A stretch of DNA of 64,000 nucleotides from Vitrella brassicaformis CCMP3155 (taxonomy: Eukaryota > Protista > Chromerida): positions 1 through 64,000 of the forward strand of contig CDMY01000200.1 in the NCBI GenBank assembly GCA_001179505.1, written 5' to 3'. The notes under the pieces are model-generated. The model was not told where the DNA came from, ran no database searches, and saw nothing but the letters and a program-made list of their open reading frames with translations. Positions 1 through 13,360 of this stretch are shown piece by piece. The stretch's first letter is position 1. Each line of letters opens with the position of its first letter. The position numbers and the translations under genes are program-made.

Positions 1-115
1 GGCGAGACCGTACATGAGCTGGTGGAAGAACCGCCGCGCCTCCACCTCAGACAAGTGGGGGTGCGGCTGCCGGTTCTCGCTGTCCATCAGACGCTCCAGC
101 AAATCACCATCTAAT

Positions 116-151
<36 letters not shown>

Positions 152-246
152 AGATGTAGATCCACACGAGCCCACAGATCAAGTCTCGTGACGGCCATCG
201 ACCATGACTCGATGACAAGGAGGATCTTGGTCCGGCTCTGAAGCAC
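1..246 (-). CDS. Ser/Thr protein kinase (CAMK/SNF1-like), partial; continues beyond the window start
   Basis: Minus-strand exon 111-1 reads DGDLLERLMDSENRQPHPHLSEVEARRFFHQLMYGLA, resembling kinase alphaD-alphaE, and follows a tag acceptor. An upstream exon near 246-210 reads (V)LQSRTKILLVIE, resembling subdomain IV/V. The join between these exons and the 5' exons were not resolved. Confidence 0.6.
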
Positions 247-750
247 TGCAACAATATGACATCACACACACGTCGATTGACCGATCCACAGCCAGGCAAT
301 CAACAAGGAGATGATCAGTACCAGAATTACATACCACTCCATCGAGCAACCGACTGGTCCCGCTGCAGAGGGAGACAGAGGGGCAATGGGAGCTCCAAGC
401 TATTCACTGAGAGAGTGAGAGAGTGTCTCTAACTGACTCAGTCGTGCGTCCCTTCATGCCCACACTGACATGTTGTCGCTGAATGGCTGTGGCCTCGATG
501 ATGGTCAGCATTGCTCGACACTTCAGCCCCCTTTGTAGAGCGGCAGACAGCTTGGGGGAAGTACAGAGGAGCCAGCCAACCACCATGCCGACACACGACA
601 CGTTGAACCGTGGCGATGTACACCCTGCGTGCTTTCACACGGCGTGCCAGACAGACATACACGTTTACGTTTACAGCGGCCGTTGCCGTGCACGCATTTT
701 TTGGGGGAGGGAGCTCACGACAGGCCAGGTGGTGCATGTGAAGGTGGGCG

Positions 751-3700
751 ATGTTGCGTACGCTGCTGGTGGCTCTCATCTTCCTCGCCGCCCACTCCTC
801 AGGTGAATCAATGACACCACACATGCAAGTGATGCACGTACGGCGGGGGGGTCAACGGTGTGTGTGCGCTGCGGCATGGGCGATGCTTTCAGCTTACACT
901 CCGCCGCCTTGCCACCAGCAGGGAATCGAGTTCGCCAAGGGGGCACAAGGCGCACTGCTCGCAAAGGTGGGATGTGACGTCGACCACACACACACACACG
1001 TACAAGGGAAGGGAAAATGCTGCACGTGTTGCTTGCTTCGTACGTGTGGCCGTTTCCATCAGAGGTCACTGTCTGCTCCGCCCGGCACCTCAAGAAACGA
1101 CGCGAGGGAAACGGCACTTCTCCAGTGTCAGGTCTTCTGCCAACAGGAAAAGGTCAGTGCATGAATGGCAACGAGAACACGCCAGGCCTGCCCGACGCTC
1201 TTCTCCTTCACTGTGCCGGTCGCGTCGCTTTGGTTGTCGCCAGTTCTGTTTCTTCTTCAATCTGATCGAGGATCGAGGGGCGGCCTCGTGGAGCTGCGAG
1301 CTGCTCGCCGTCAAGGAGCCGAAGGGCCCCAACCCCAGGAGCACCGCCGGACACAGATCCTGCGCCAAAAAGTCACACGGTTAGATGAGAAGAAAAGAAC
1401 AGATGAGCCAGGCAGGCCTGCACAGCACAGTCGAACGAACGAGTACGTACGGTCTCACGCAAGATCTCTCGCGCTGAGGCTGACGGACGCCCATCGACTC
1501 TCTGTGTAGACCTCCGTTCCTGAACTGAATGATGACAGTTCCCGAGGCGCCACCGGCGCTCCCCTCCCCCCCGCCCAAGGTAGACCCCATCCTCTACTCC
1601 CTCTTCCGCATGGCCAACACCACCGACGACGAGGCCGTCTCAAGGAACCGGACACGGCGAGATTCGACGTCCGCTCTGCCTCCAATGCGAGACGGGCGGG
1701 TGCTCATCGAGGCCGTCGCTGCCAACCGCAGGAACGACTCCTCGCTCATCGACGACCTCACAGGTGCGGTGGAAGCACACAGCATAGAGCTCTCCTCCGT
1801 ACTTGCGTGTGTGTCTGGATGAGCCTGGTGTTGGTGCGACTTGCAGCGCTTGGGCTGGAGGATGGTCGCCAGAGTGGGTTCTACGTGAGTGGATATCTGC
1901 CGATCGAGCAGGTGCCGCGGCTGAGTGAGCTGGAGAGTCTGGGCGGCACCATCCCACCCGCCAGGAGGCTCCGAGCCGGTAGCGTCACGTCACAGGGAGT
2001 CAGATCCATAGAGGTGGGCAATGCCACGACACGATGTATGCATGGCATGCGACAAATGTAATAATGTGCGGGGGAATGCGGCGTCTCCACCCGTGGGTAT
2101 GTGTCAGGCTGACAGCGGACAGACTCTCTTCAATGTGGACGGCAGCGGCATCAACTGCATCGGCATCCTCTCAGACAGGTACCTAGGAGCCCCCTCCCCT
2201 CCCCACACACACACTAGAGAGAGAGAGAGAGAGAGGGTGGGGGGGAGGGGCAGACAAAGAGACAGACAGAGCACCAACCGGGGTGTGTGCCAATCACCTG
2301 TGTGCTCTCCCTGCTCACACCATGCAGCATGGATAGCGAGGATGGCGGCGTGTTCATGGGTCAGCTGACCGGCGACCTCCCTCGCGGCGACAACCTCACC
2401 ATCATACGAGACGAGAGAGGGATCGACGAGGGACGAGCCATGGCTGAGTTGGCCTTCGACGTGGCGCCCGGTGCCCCCCAGGCCTTCGCAGCGGTGGGGC
2501 GCAACGAGCTGGACTACGTAGAGGCGATCAAGCTGCTGGTTGACGAGGGGTGCGAAGTCCTGGTCAGTGGCGAGTGAGTGCATTGGGTTATGTCTTGGAT
2601 GGATGGATGGATGTGTGCAGGTGGACGACATCATATTCTTTTTTGAGCCGATGTTTGAGGACGGCCCCGTGTCGCTAGCGGCCACGTGGGCGACCGAACA
2701 GGGGCGGGTCTTCTTCTCGGCAGCGGGCAACCAAGAAGACGCGGGCTACCAGAGTGAGCCACAGACACACACACACACACACATCCCCGCTGCCAACACT
2801 GTCCTGTCCGTGCAGGTGCATTTGTTGATTCCGGGATAGTCAGCCCCGCCAGGTCTCCCTCCATATGATTCGCACCGCACGTCCATCTATATGTGTCTGT
2901 GTCTGTGTCTGTGTCTGTGTCTGCAGTGGGGGCGTGTTCCACGAGTGGTGGAACGGCGAGGTCTTGATGCCCATAACCGTGCCTGGAGAAGGCAAACTAG
3001 ACATCGTGTATGCCCCATATCATGCGCACACACGCACAGCAACAACCACCCCCACGCACATCGATCGCATCGCGTTGCTCCCTGTCCTGTATATGTCTCT
3101 TAGCATGCAGTGGGATGAGGCGTTCGGCCTGGCGCTGTCCGACATGGACATCATCCTCTATGACTCCAAGGGCGTCCCACTCCAGTCAGCCCCGGGCGAT
3201 GGCGAGCTCCATCAAGGCAACATGAGGCGTCAGTCAGAATGCCCTTCCCCTCCCTCTCACGACGTGTGTCATCGACCGATTGCTGGTCGGACGGTCCTTC
3301 CTTTGTGTCTTCGTTCGTTCATTCAGGTAGCACAATCCCTGGGGAGATGGTGACGCTGGAGAACCTGAGCCCATTGAGTGTGGAGGTCTTTCTGGGCATA
3401 GAGCTCGTCTCAGGCCAGGCACCCGGACTCTTCCAGTTCGTCCCCTTCGCCGACGGATTCTTCGAGAGCGAAGCCTTCTCGGAAGACAAGCCCAAAGGTG
3501 CGAAAGAAACAGATGCTGCTGATGCTCTTGCTTGTGTCGTCCTTTCTATCTCTGTCTTTCTCCTGTCTGTCTGCCTGTCTGCAGGACCGACCATATATGG
3601 CCACAGCAATGGGCTGGGCGTCGCTTCTGTGGGCGCTGCTGCGTACCAAGTAAGCCCCGCAGCCGCCCAGCGACCCATCCACACTCAGCCGCCTTGCTTC

Positions 3701-4477
3701 ATTTCCTCTCTGTGTTGGTCGGTGTGTCGCCCATCTGTCTGTCTACCTTTCTGTCTGCAGGACACCCCCCCCTTCACCACGACGCCCCCCGAGATCAACC
3801 CCTCCTCATCGCTGGGCGGCACTCCCATCCTCTTCGACCCCCTCGGCAGGCGGATCTACCCTCAGGTCCGCCTGCAGCCGAGCGTCGTGGGCCCCGATGG
3901 CGTCGACACGACATTCTTCGGATTTGAGGACACCGACCAAACGGGCAACCCAAACTTCTTCGGTTGGTCGGCTCGATGTGATGTGGGGTGATGGTGGGGC
4001 ACCGTGATGGTGGGGGACTTGTATGTATGAATGTATGTGTGTATGTGCTGTGGTGCTGTGTGGCAGGCACGAGTGCGTCTGCGCCACATGCTGCCGGTCT
4101 GGCGGCGCTGATGCTGCAGCTGAACCCCTCCCTCTCGCCGGCAGAGACCATCGCCATCATGGAGGACACTGCACTCGACATGGACGGTATCCACACAAGC
4201 CAGCCACTCACCCGAACGGCCATTTGTGCATCTGTGTGTGTGTCGGAACGAACCATCAGATCCCGGCCAGCACGGTTTCCAGCGGGGCTTTGATTTCCGT
4301 TCCGGCCACGGCCTGCTGCAGTCGGTGGGCGCGCTAAGTGCCGCATCGGGGCAGCCGGCGCTGAGCACCATGAGCAGCGGCAACACGACAGACACGGTGG
4401 GGGCGTCGGGGATGGTCGAGGGGAAGGCCAGCGACGGTGGTGATGCCATCGTGAGGGTCTCCTCTCTGTCTACATGA
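751..4477 (+). CDS. Secreted subtilase (S8/S53-like, bacterial type), multi-exon
   Basis: Signal-peptide-like start MLRTLLVALIFLAAHSS. Spliced motifs: GSVTSQG, VDGSGINCIGILSD|S (Asp), IDEGRAMAELAFDVAPGA, DDIIFFFEPMFEDG, FFSAAGN (oxyanion Asn), IYGH, QPSVVGPDGVDTTFF, NFF|GTSASAPHAAGLAALM (catalytic Ser), GFDFRSGHGLL. Stop at 4477. Early prodomain exons are uncertain. Confidence 0.85.
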
Positions 4478-5420
4478 CATGACATGATGCTTGCCTTGCG
4501 TGTATGGCCAAGGGGAGTGAGTCGGTGGAGGGTGGGTGCGTGCATGGCATGCAGCTGTTGTTTTGTCAAGTGGTAACTTAGCGCTCCTTTCTCCCATCCA
4601 TCTCGCCTGCCTCATGGCCTCATGGGGCGGGCGCTTCAACCAACATGCGCACAGCCTGACTTTTTGTTCGTGTTGTGTCTGCGTGAGTGACTTATGTGTG
4701 TTTTTGTGAGTGCATGTCTGTCTTTGTGCCTTGTGTGTGTAGCAGCTACAGTAGTGTGTGTATAAGTGAGTGAGTGAGTGTCTCGTTTTCCCTGCCACGC
4801 AAAGAGAGTGGTCCCGGCTGATCGATACACACCTTTGTGACACGGGTAGTGTGTGTATACGGCGAGGCTATCTCCCTTATTTGTGGGGGTGTGTGGTGTG
4901 TGGTGTGACTGATTGGTGTGTGTGGATGGGATGCCTTCACTCTTGGTCCATGTCATGTGTGCAGGCAGTGAGTGGAGTGGGTGGGACATAGAACAGTTTG
5001 ACTGACTGACTGACGTACATAGAGAGAGAAACATACATACACACGGCGCGGCGAGAGATGGCCATTTGGGTGTGGGAGTGGGGGGATCCGATCCGATCCT
5101 CGTATCCTTCCTTCCCTCGCTCCCTGCCTGCCTGCCTGTGTGTGGGTGTATATAGCTAGGTAGTACTTAGGCATAGTCAGCCGATGGGCTGACGGTGAGT
5201 GAGTGCGCTAGTGAGACAGACAGACAGACACCTTTCTGTCGGAGTTAACCTGTATGTAGCACAGCGATCCTCGGGCAACGCGTCAGTCGCCAACATTTCA
5301 AGTGTCTAAATCACTGTCTAGGCAGACAGACAAGAGTCAATGCGATCGACGGCCCGTCCATCCATCTACACAGCCGGCCGAACACTCCCACACCCACACA
5401 CGCACTATGACTCGACTCAC

Positions 5421-8400
5421 TCACTCCGGGGCGAGGGACGTGCCATCCACCTCCTGCACACACAACAACCATTATGACACACACACACGGACATCCTTTG
5501 TGTGGTCGAGACCCCCGCTCCGCTCCTCATGCACCACACACCTGTTCGTCCGTCACGAATGTGTCATCGCCCCCACCAGATGGACTCGGAACTGAGAGAA
5601 CGATACAGACAGATGTGTGGAGACATGGTCGTCTGTGCATAAGGGAATGTATGCATCTTATCAAGATTGCCTGGCGGCAAAGATGGGGGTGGAGGTGGGG
5701 GCGCGTTGGTATCAACGGGAGGACTCAGACTCGGAGCCGGAGGAGGGCTGGGGGGCTCGCTCACTGCCTCAGCGGGGGCCGGCGCTGCACACACAGTAAG
5801 GAAGGAAATAAGGGCATTGCGGTCAGGCAGGCAAATTTGGCCTCTTCGCCTCTCTCCTTGGCTACGTGTCTGCTGCTCTTCCTCCCTCGGTGGCTCGGAA
5901 GGCGATGGAGGCTCGCTGACAGCCTCGGTCTCAGTGGGCGGCTCAGCTGCATTGCAAGAATGAATGGACAAACGAATGCAATATACAGTCATTCCTTCAA
6001 GTCTGGATCGTGTCAACCTTACTCGCTGCCTCGGTGATGGGCTCGGGAGTCGTCACTGGCTCAGCGGGCTCCTTCGTAGGACGAGGTGGAGGGTGTCTCG
6101 TTGGTGGCTCGGTCGGAGGCTCGGCTGCATCCCATCCCATCCACACCAACACCATTAATTACACTCACAGCCGTGCTTTTTCTTGCTTGCTTACTTGGCT
6201 CTTGTTCCACAGCCGGTGGAGCGGGTTTCTGTGTGATAGAGGGCAGCGGGGTGGTGGGTGGCACTGTGGGAGGGGGTGGGGGAGGGGGTGGCTGGCTGTG
6301 TGCCGCAGGGGGAGGGGAAGGGGGCTCGTGGGTCGTGACGAGTGGCGGATGGTGCTGCGGACCGTAGTGGGAGGGATGGTCATGGTCATGGTGGTGGTGG
6401 TGGGTGCTCGTGTCCCTCGCCGTCGAAGGCTCCGTCCATTTGCTTGAGGCTGCAGAGCTCATACAGCTGGCCCTCGAAGTGGTGGGCGCACCTACAGGCA
6501 CGCATCGCATCCACACATCACATCGATGTCCCTTTCTCTCTGCGTGTGCGCTCACTTGGCTGGTACCTGAGACACGTTGCGTTGATGGACTCCTCCCTGA
6601 CGGCCGTCAGGTTGGGACTCTGGTCGTACAGACACGCGGCAAAGTCGCCCACACTCTTGTCAAAGCCCTCCTCAACCGCCTGCATTCCCAACACAAGAAG
6701 GATGAACAAACCCGACAGCCGGAAGCCGTTCTGCCGTTCTGACCAGCTGGCATTCGTCCACAGAGGTGGTCTTCTTGACGGCGTCGATGCATGAGGGCAG
6801 CATGCCGCCATCGGTGACGGCCTCGCACGTCGTGAGGGCGTCGTGGTGGAGGAAGGCGCAGTGCTGACACTCTGGAGGCATCGACAGCTCTGGGGGGTGC
6901 TCGTCTGATACATGTATGTGTGTGTGCGTAATTCTGTTGTGTGTAGGCTCATTGTTTTGTTCTCTTCTTACAGAAGATGCACTCGCTGACGAGATGGCCC
7001 ATGAAGCCGAAACAGAACTCGTCAAGCGTTAAGACACCATCACCGTCTCCATCTGACCGCCGAGACACCGAGACACGGACACAAAGTGATTTGTGTGCGT
7101 TTGTCGGGTTGTGCCTTTGCCCCGACCAGACCAGGCCAGACCTTGGTTGGCAAGATACATCCACGCGGCCGCCTGCAATGGGATACGAGACTGACTATTC
7201 AGCTGGTGGGTTGTGTCCATGGAGGTTGGTCCATCCATCCATCCATCCATGCATCCCTCCCTCTTACGGGTTCCATGGCGGCATCGGGCGGCAGCCACTG
7301 GTGCAGCTTGCACTCCTGGTCCAGCACACGCAGCCGCTCTACAGCCGTATCCACACTAAGCATGCCATCGGTGACACAGTGAAAGTCATGACGGACGCGA
7401 TTTGATTTGTTTGCAAGGCAATGTGTCTCTCTCTCACCTCAGTCCGCCAACAAGCGGCAGCTCCTCCCACCAGTGCGTGCCCTTCTCGTAGCACATGTGC
7501 AGCGCGTCTCGTTCATCGATGCCGCATATGTCCATCCGGTGGGCGAGCCCAGCCGAGAGGTGTTGCAAGACGGGCTCCTCGTCGAACATGGCACAGATCT
7601 GTTCGTGGTTGAGGCCGTCGCCCTCGGGGTCGTGGCCGCTGAGGTAGCTCGCCGCCTCCTCGGGGGAGGGGCACTCGGCTCCGTCAGCTCCTGCAACAAA
7701 GATGGGTCGGGGGCTGGCCGCGTCTATGTACCCTTACCTGTGTCGACGAATTTGGTGCAGAGTTCTTGGCGCATGTGTTCAAACTCGTTGGCGTCCATGA
7801 AGCCGTCCACGTTGATGTCCGCGGCGTCAAACACCATCGAGCAGATGTCCATCACACCTGATATTCATGAAAACAGAGAGGAAGAGCCACCGTCAGTCAG
7901 AACTCTGGGCCTCTCTCCTCCCTCACTCACTCACCGGTGGGCTCCTGATGATGCACGGCATCGTGGTGGTGGTGGTGATGCGGCCCCTCGTGGTGCACCA
8001 GATCCTGCTCATGGCCTTCGTGCAGGTGCTGGCACGGACACACAGGACATTCGCACTCGTGGGGATGCCGCTCCGGCTGGTAATAATCAGACGTGTCGGG
8101 CGGTGTCAGCCGCTGCCGGCCAACCCCTTCCGCCCTCCCCCTCCCCCCTCGCCTCAGAACAAGGCTTCGCGAATGTCCTTGACCGATTCCTCTCAATCTG
8201 GTGCTGTGGGAGGCCTTCCGAGATGGCCGAGTGAGGGGCTGCCGGGTGTTGTTTGTGACGGCGGCGGCCTTGGAGTACAGCTGACGAGCCCGGGCCTTGG
8301 CCAGCTCCGCGAAGAAGGTGTCGGCGTGCTTCTGGCACATCTGACGGCAGTCGGCTGGGTCTCTTCTCTCCTGACACGCCTCGTTGCAGGCCTTTGCAGT

Positions 8401-8747
8401 GACGCACGTGGTCAGGCACAAGATGTCCGTCCCACAAGACGCTGCGATCAAAAGACAGAACAGAAACACATCAGATCTTTCACCAGATTTGCAGGCAGAT
8501 CGATGCAATGCGTGTTCGGCGTACCGTCACAGTGCAGGCCCTGCCAGTTGATGGTGAACAGCCTTTGACGTCCTCCTTTGCCGCGTGTGAGAACCGCCGG
8601 CGCCATGCCGTTGCGGTGAGCCGTCGACGTCCATTGCCGATGGACGGATGCGAAGCGATTCCTCGCTGCCTTGCGAGAGAAGAGGGCGCCTTGTGCAAAG
8701 ATCAAGGGCAGAAAGAGGATGCCCAACGCGGGCGCTGACGTCGGCAT
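5421..8747 (-). CDS. Secreted EF-hand protein with Cys-rich, His-rich and Pro-rich regions
   Basis: N-terminal hydrophobic stretch MPTSAPALGILFLPLIFAQGA. Cys-rich exon (CGTDILCLTTC...CNEAC...DCRQMC), His tracts, and two canonical 12-residue EF loops, DINVDGFMDANE (~7790-7830) and DGDGDGVLTLDE (~7010-7050). Long PPPP/EPP-rich tail; last exon EVDGTSLAPE* ends at 5421. Confidence 0.7.
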
Positions 8748-9372
8748 TTTCCGCTGTCCACAAGATTTACATATCGAGATCGCGTTCCAACCTTTGCGCG
8801 GACTTACAAACCGTCAAACTATCATCCACCCATTCTCGTTCATTCGTTCATTGACGCCAAATACATGCCAACATGTAAAAGTCGATTGGCAAACAATCAA
8901 TACAGCAGCGAGTCAGTGAGTGAGTGAGTGAGTGTCACCGAGGGGAGGGGGGAGGAAGGAAGCAGCAAGTGCGTATTCGTGTGTGTAGGTGGGTACAAAC
9001 GTATTGCACACAGACAGACAGACAGACAGACGGGGAGGCAGACGGGGAGGCAGGCAGGCAGGCAGGTCACAGATAGCTGACGGACCTCACGCACGCAGCA
9101 ATCGTCACGCCATGCACCCACCAACCAGCCCCAACCGCCTCGCCCCGCCCACCGAACCAAGCGACCGATGAACGAGGACCGATACGATGCGTTGACAATC
9201 AGATCCATGCCAATGCAGGCGGGCAGTGAGGCGGGCAGGCAAGTACAAGGGAGGGAGCGGAGCAAGCACCGACACACGCAATGGACCCTTCCTCCCTCCT
9301 CCCTGTTCCACCCACCACCAGTGCTCGCATGCAGGCAGCAACGTCACCTCACCCACCGCCAGCAGATAGGGC

Positions 9373-12300
9373 TCAGTCAGGTCTCTTCTCGTTGATCTGG
9401 TCCGCCTTCTTGACGTCAATGAAACGCTGGAGCTCTGAAGGACAGACAGGACGACCACACACGCGACACACAGGCACCCACAACAGACAGACAGGGACGT
9501 GTGGAGTGGATAGCACCAAGTGACTGGATTGGGTGTGCGTGTACCTGACTGGAGTCCCTCGGGTCCCTTGAGCAGGACGCCCATCGGGATTCGGTGTCCG
9601 GGGCTCAGGCCCTTGAGCTTCACCACCACCTCGTTGTGCTCCCTGATTGTGCAGGTGGAGTGGAGCGGTTGGTTGGTTGGTGCACACGTATGTGTCTCTT
9701 CTTGTCTGTCAGATGGGCGAGGCGCACCTGAGTGTTTTGAACATTCTCATGAGCCGCGACACGGTCTGGACCTTCTTCCTCAAGGCCTCAGCACCTGAAA
9801 ATGTGCACACAGGGCAGGGACGAATGACACAAGCAAGACCCACAGCATACCACCGTGCAGGATCAGATCTATCAGGTGGGAATGGGATGATGTCTTACGT
9901 TCTTTGGACAGTTGCTTCTTGTCTTTTGGTGTTTTGGCGTCCTTGGCGGCCATGGCGTCCTCATCCTCCTCGGCCGTGATGGACGTCGTGCGGCGGACTA
10001 TGCGCTGAACCTGACAGATATGTGTGGCACAAAGATTGATGGATTGATCAAGATAGCCATGCCACGTGCTGTGTGGTGTCCGTCCGCACCTCAGTGGGCA
10101 GAGTGATGTTGTCGACGTCGTCGTCTTCCTCCTCGAGATCCTCCAGTGACGGATTCAGAATCGCATACAGCATCTCCGTCACTGTAGGACACACATACAT
10201 CCACACCACACACGACACACACACAATGCTCCTTGCTGGCTGAGCCTGTGGGTGCGTGTGTCTGGGAGGGGGAGGGGGGCAGCCCCTACCTTTTTCTGAT
10301 ACGAATGGGATGGACCATGTGAAGATGTCCATGAAGTTGGGCAGGTGGTACGGGTGGGGCGAAAAGTTAAACTGCTGAATGTTCAACGTGTTGTTCTGAC
10401 CAATGACACCAATGACCAGAGAGAGAGGGAGAGGGAGAGAGAGAACAGATGGACAGACGCACAGAACGCTGCATCCCTTCCTTGCCCACTGTCACTGTCT
10501 GACGCACGCACCTCGAACTTGAGCACCGCGCCCTTGTTGTTGTAGCAGTCGCAGTAGTTGGGGGCCGAAAAAATCGTTATCACCTGCACGCCATCCCATC
10601 CACACGCGACGCACGACACGCCCGCCGTACACACCAACCACAATGGGGGACTGACTCCAACTCCATCTATGCATGCGCTCACTCACCGTTGGGAATCCTG
10701 TCTTGGAGTTGGTTTGGTGCATCTTGTAGCTGATCGAGCAGAGCAATGCACACACACACAGGACACATCACACCGGCGCACACACATCATCAGTCACGTG
10801 ATGTGTTTGTTGGTTGTCTTGTGCCTCCTCTTACCCCTCCAGCTGCGCCTCGTGTGCCCGTATGACCGACAGCAGGCCGTTCTTGTCCAGAAATCCGCTG
10901 GCCGCCTCGTACCCAAAAAAATACGAACAGCCGCGGACATCATTCGGGAAGAACGGCTCTGGGCAGGGCAGCAGAACAACGAACAACAAGAGCAACACAT
11001 ACATGTCGGTCAGGCCTTGCTGTGTGTCGATCATCTCGCGCCTCCACACACAGCTAGCTAGCTAGCTACCTGGGTGTGCGAGGTGCTCCTCCTTCTCCTC
11101 ATCGACGGGGTCCGACCAAAGCAAATCGCTGGTGGATGGATGGATGGAAGGACACACAGACAGACAGACAGACAGATGAGGCGGACTGTGGGCTCTCTGC
11201 TCTGTGAGTGAGTGAGTGAGTGAGTGGGTGCCGACCAGAAGAGTCCGTTTCTTGGTGGCTCCTGAAAGCGGTTGATGCTGCCGATCTGAGAGATCTGATG
11301 AATGGAGATGAACGAGGGAGGGAAGGGTACGCACAAAGGGAATGACAAGATGTGCTGTTTGTTCCTGTGGAATGGATGGGATGCTGTGTGGCCTACCGTT
11401 CTGAGGTCTGGTGAGAGTCCCCCGTGCACAGCAAGGAACTTCCCTGGACAGGACAACCCAACCGAAACGAAAGGAACATCCATCTTCGTGTGTCTGTCAG
11501 CTCCCTCGCTCCCTCCCTCACTCCCTCACTCACCGTTGATGATGGCTGATATGGGGAGTGTGTCAAAGGACTCCATGAAGGCGTAGTACACCGTCAGGTC
11601 GTACTTGTACTCGCCTGCCACCACACACACCACACACGACACACGACACACGACACCACACCGCACCAATCGATGCATCGACACGTCATAAATCGTGCCT
11701 CTCTCCGTGCTGACTCACATTCGTCCCTGAAGTTGAAGAATGCCGTCATTTGTCGGCACTCGTGGTTGCCTCGCAGCAGCCAGATCTTGTTCGGGAAGTT
11801 CAACTGACATACACCCATTCACATACACAAACACGCACAAGATGACTGCTGTCCGTTCCGTGCCAGCCAGCCCAGGCTAGGTCGGTCGGTACCTTGAGTG
11901 CGAAGAGCACGAGCAGACATTCGATCGAGAAGGAGCCGCGGTCCACATAGTCACCCAGGAAGATATACCTGATGGATAACACACACGCACAGACCACAGA
12001 CCACAGACACACGCCATGTGTGAGTGTGAGTGTGAGTGTGAGTGTGGATGGGTATCTATCGTGTGTCAGTCTTGTCAGCTACTCACTGTGTTGAGTCGGG
12101 GTCCCCTCCCACGTCGAGCAGCTTGACAAAGTCGAAAAACTGGCCGTGAATATCGCCAACAACTGCAGACCACACGGAGGAAGAAGGCAAGATAACATCG
12201 ACCGACCGACCCATGGATGGATGTGATGCCGTCCGTGGTTGTGTGTGTTGGTGTCCTTTTCTCTCTTAGCCCTACCTACCTGTGATTGGGTCCTTCAGCC

Positions 12301-12737
12301 GGACCATGTTGGGCTCACTGCCAGTCGTGTCTGACCGACCACAGCACAGCCACAGCCACAGCCACAAAATCTTGCACAGACAGACATGCTGTTCTCTTTC
12401 TGCCTCCCTCACACACACGTACCTGAGACTTTCTTGATGATGTCCAGGCAATGCTCCTTGAGTAGCCTGCCCTCCCGGAACAGGTGCTGCTTGAGCGCCC
12501 GCCAGTTGGGGATGCCATCACCCTTCGGAAACAACAGCTCATCCGTCAACGGCTGCATCGACCGACCGACCAACAAACCATACACACAACCACAACCACA
12601 CAACCACACCAGCGAGAGCAGTTCATGTCTGTCTGCACATCCTCTTCCATCGGATGCGATGGATTCCGCACCTTGGCTGGTGGTGGTTCGATGTCCTTGA
12701 CGACTCTGTCCTTCTTGGGGTCCGACAGGGGGTCCAT
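9373..12737 (-). CDS. CNA: Calcineurin A (PP2B catalytic subunit)
   Basis: Exons encode [116 protein letters not shown] (CnB-binding), [19 protein letters not shown] (CaM-binding) and [16 protein letters not shown] (autoinhibitory). Confidence 0.97.
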
Positions 12738-13360
12738 CGGTCAACACAGGGGGCGGGCGGGCAATGGGTTGGGACGGACGGACGGGAGGGAGGGAAGGAA
12801 GAGGGACCGACGGACGACTCAATGAACCGATCAACCACAAACAGCCAGATTCACGCACACCACCGGGGCCGAATCAAACAAGCCGCCTCAGTAGAGCCAA
12901 CCGCCTCGCCGACAGCAGATAGCGACTCTTTCGTCGCCTTTTACGATCGCAGCTGAGGCCTGTTCTGACGCAGCCGATGCTCTGTGCTCAGCTGGAGGGT
13001 ACAGAGAGGACCCATGGGTGACACATGTATCTCTGCGGGACGGAGGGAGGGCAGGGGCGGGGGGCGAGAGCTGCGGACGCGGCAATGGTGGATGCGGTTG
13101 TGTGTCGACAACACACGCTGCAGGGAGCCTTGGGAGAGGAGAAAGACGCGGATCACGTTGTGCGAGCTCGAATTGCGAGCTTAGCCCCGAGACGGAGTGG
13201 AAAAAGAGTCGTTCCCCGCTCCGTTGGTGCTGTAGGAGCAGGCCAGTCATCATATGCGTTGAATTCCCTGACTTTCGCAGGCCTTTGTGCAGCTGGTCTG
13301 TCATTCCGACTGTGACTCATTGTCCGTCCATCCCTCTGTACTAGACTTGCGTTGACCTTA

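Noticed and set aside
700-750. Plus-strand GRELTTGQVVHVKV resembles kinase subdomain II
   Set aside because: It is on the opposite strand to the kinase exons, has no glycine-rich loop or following subdomains, and sits in the subtilase 5' region. Probably chance.
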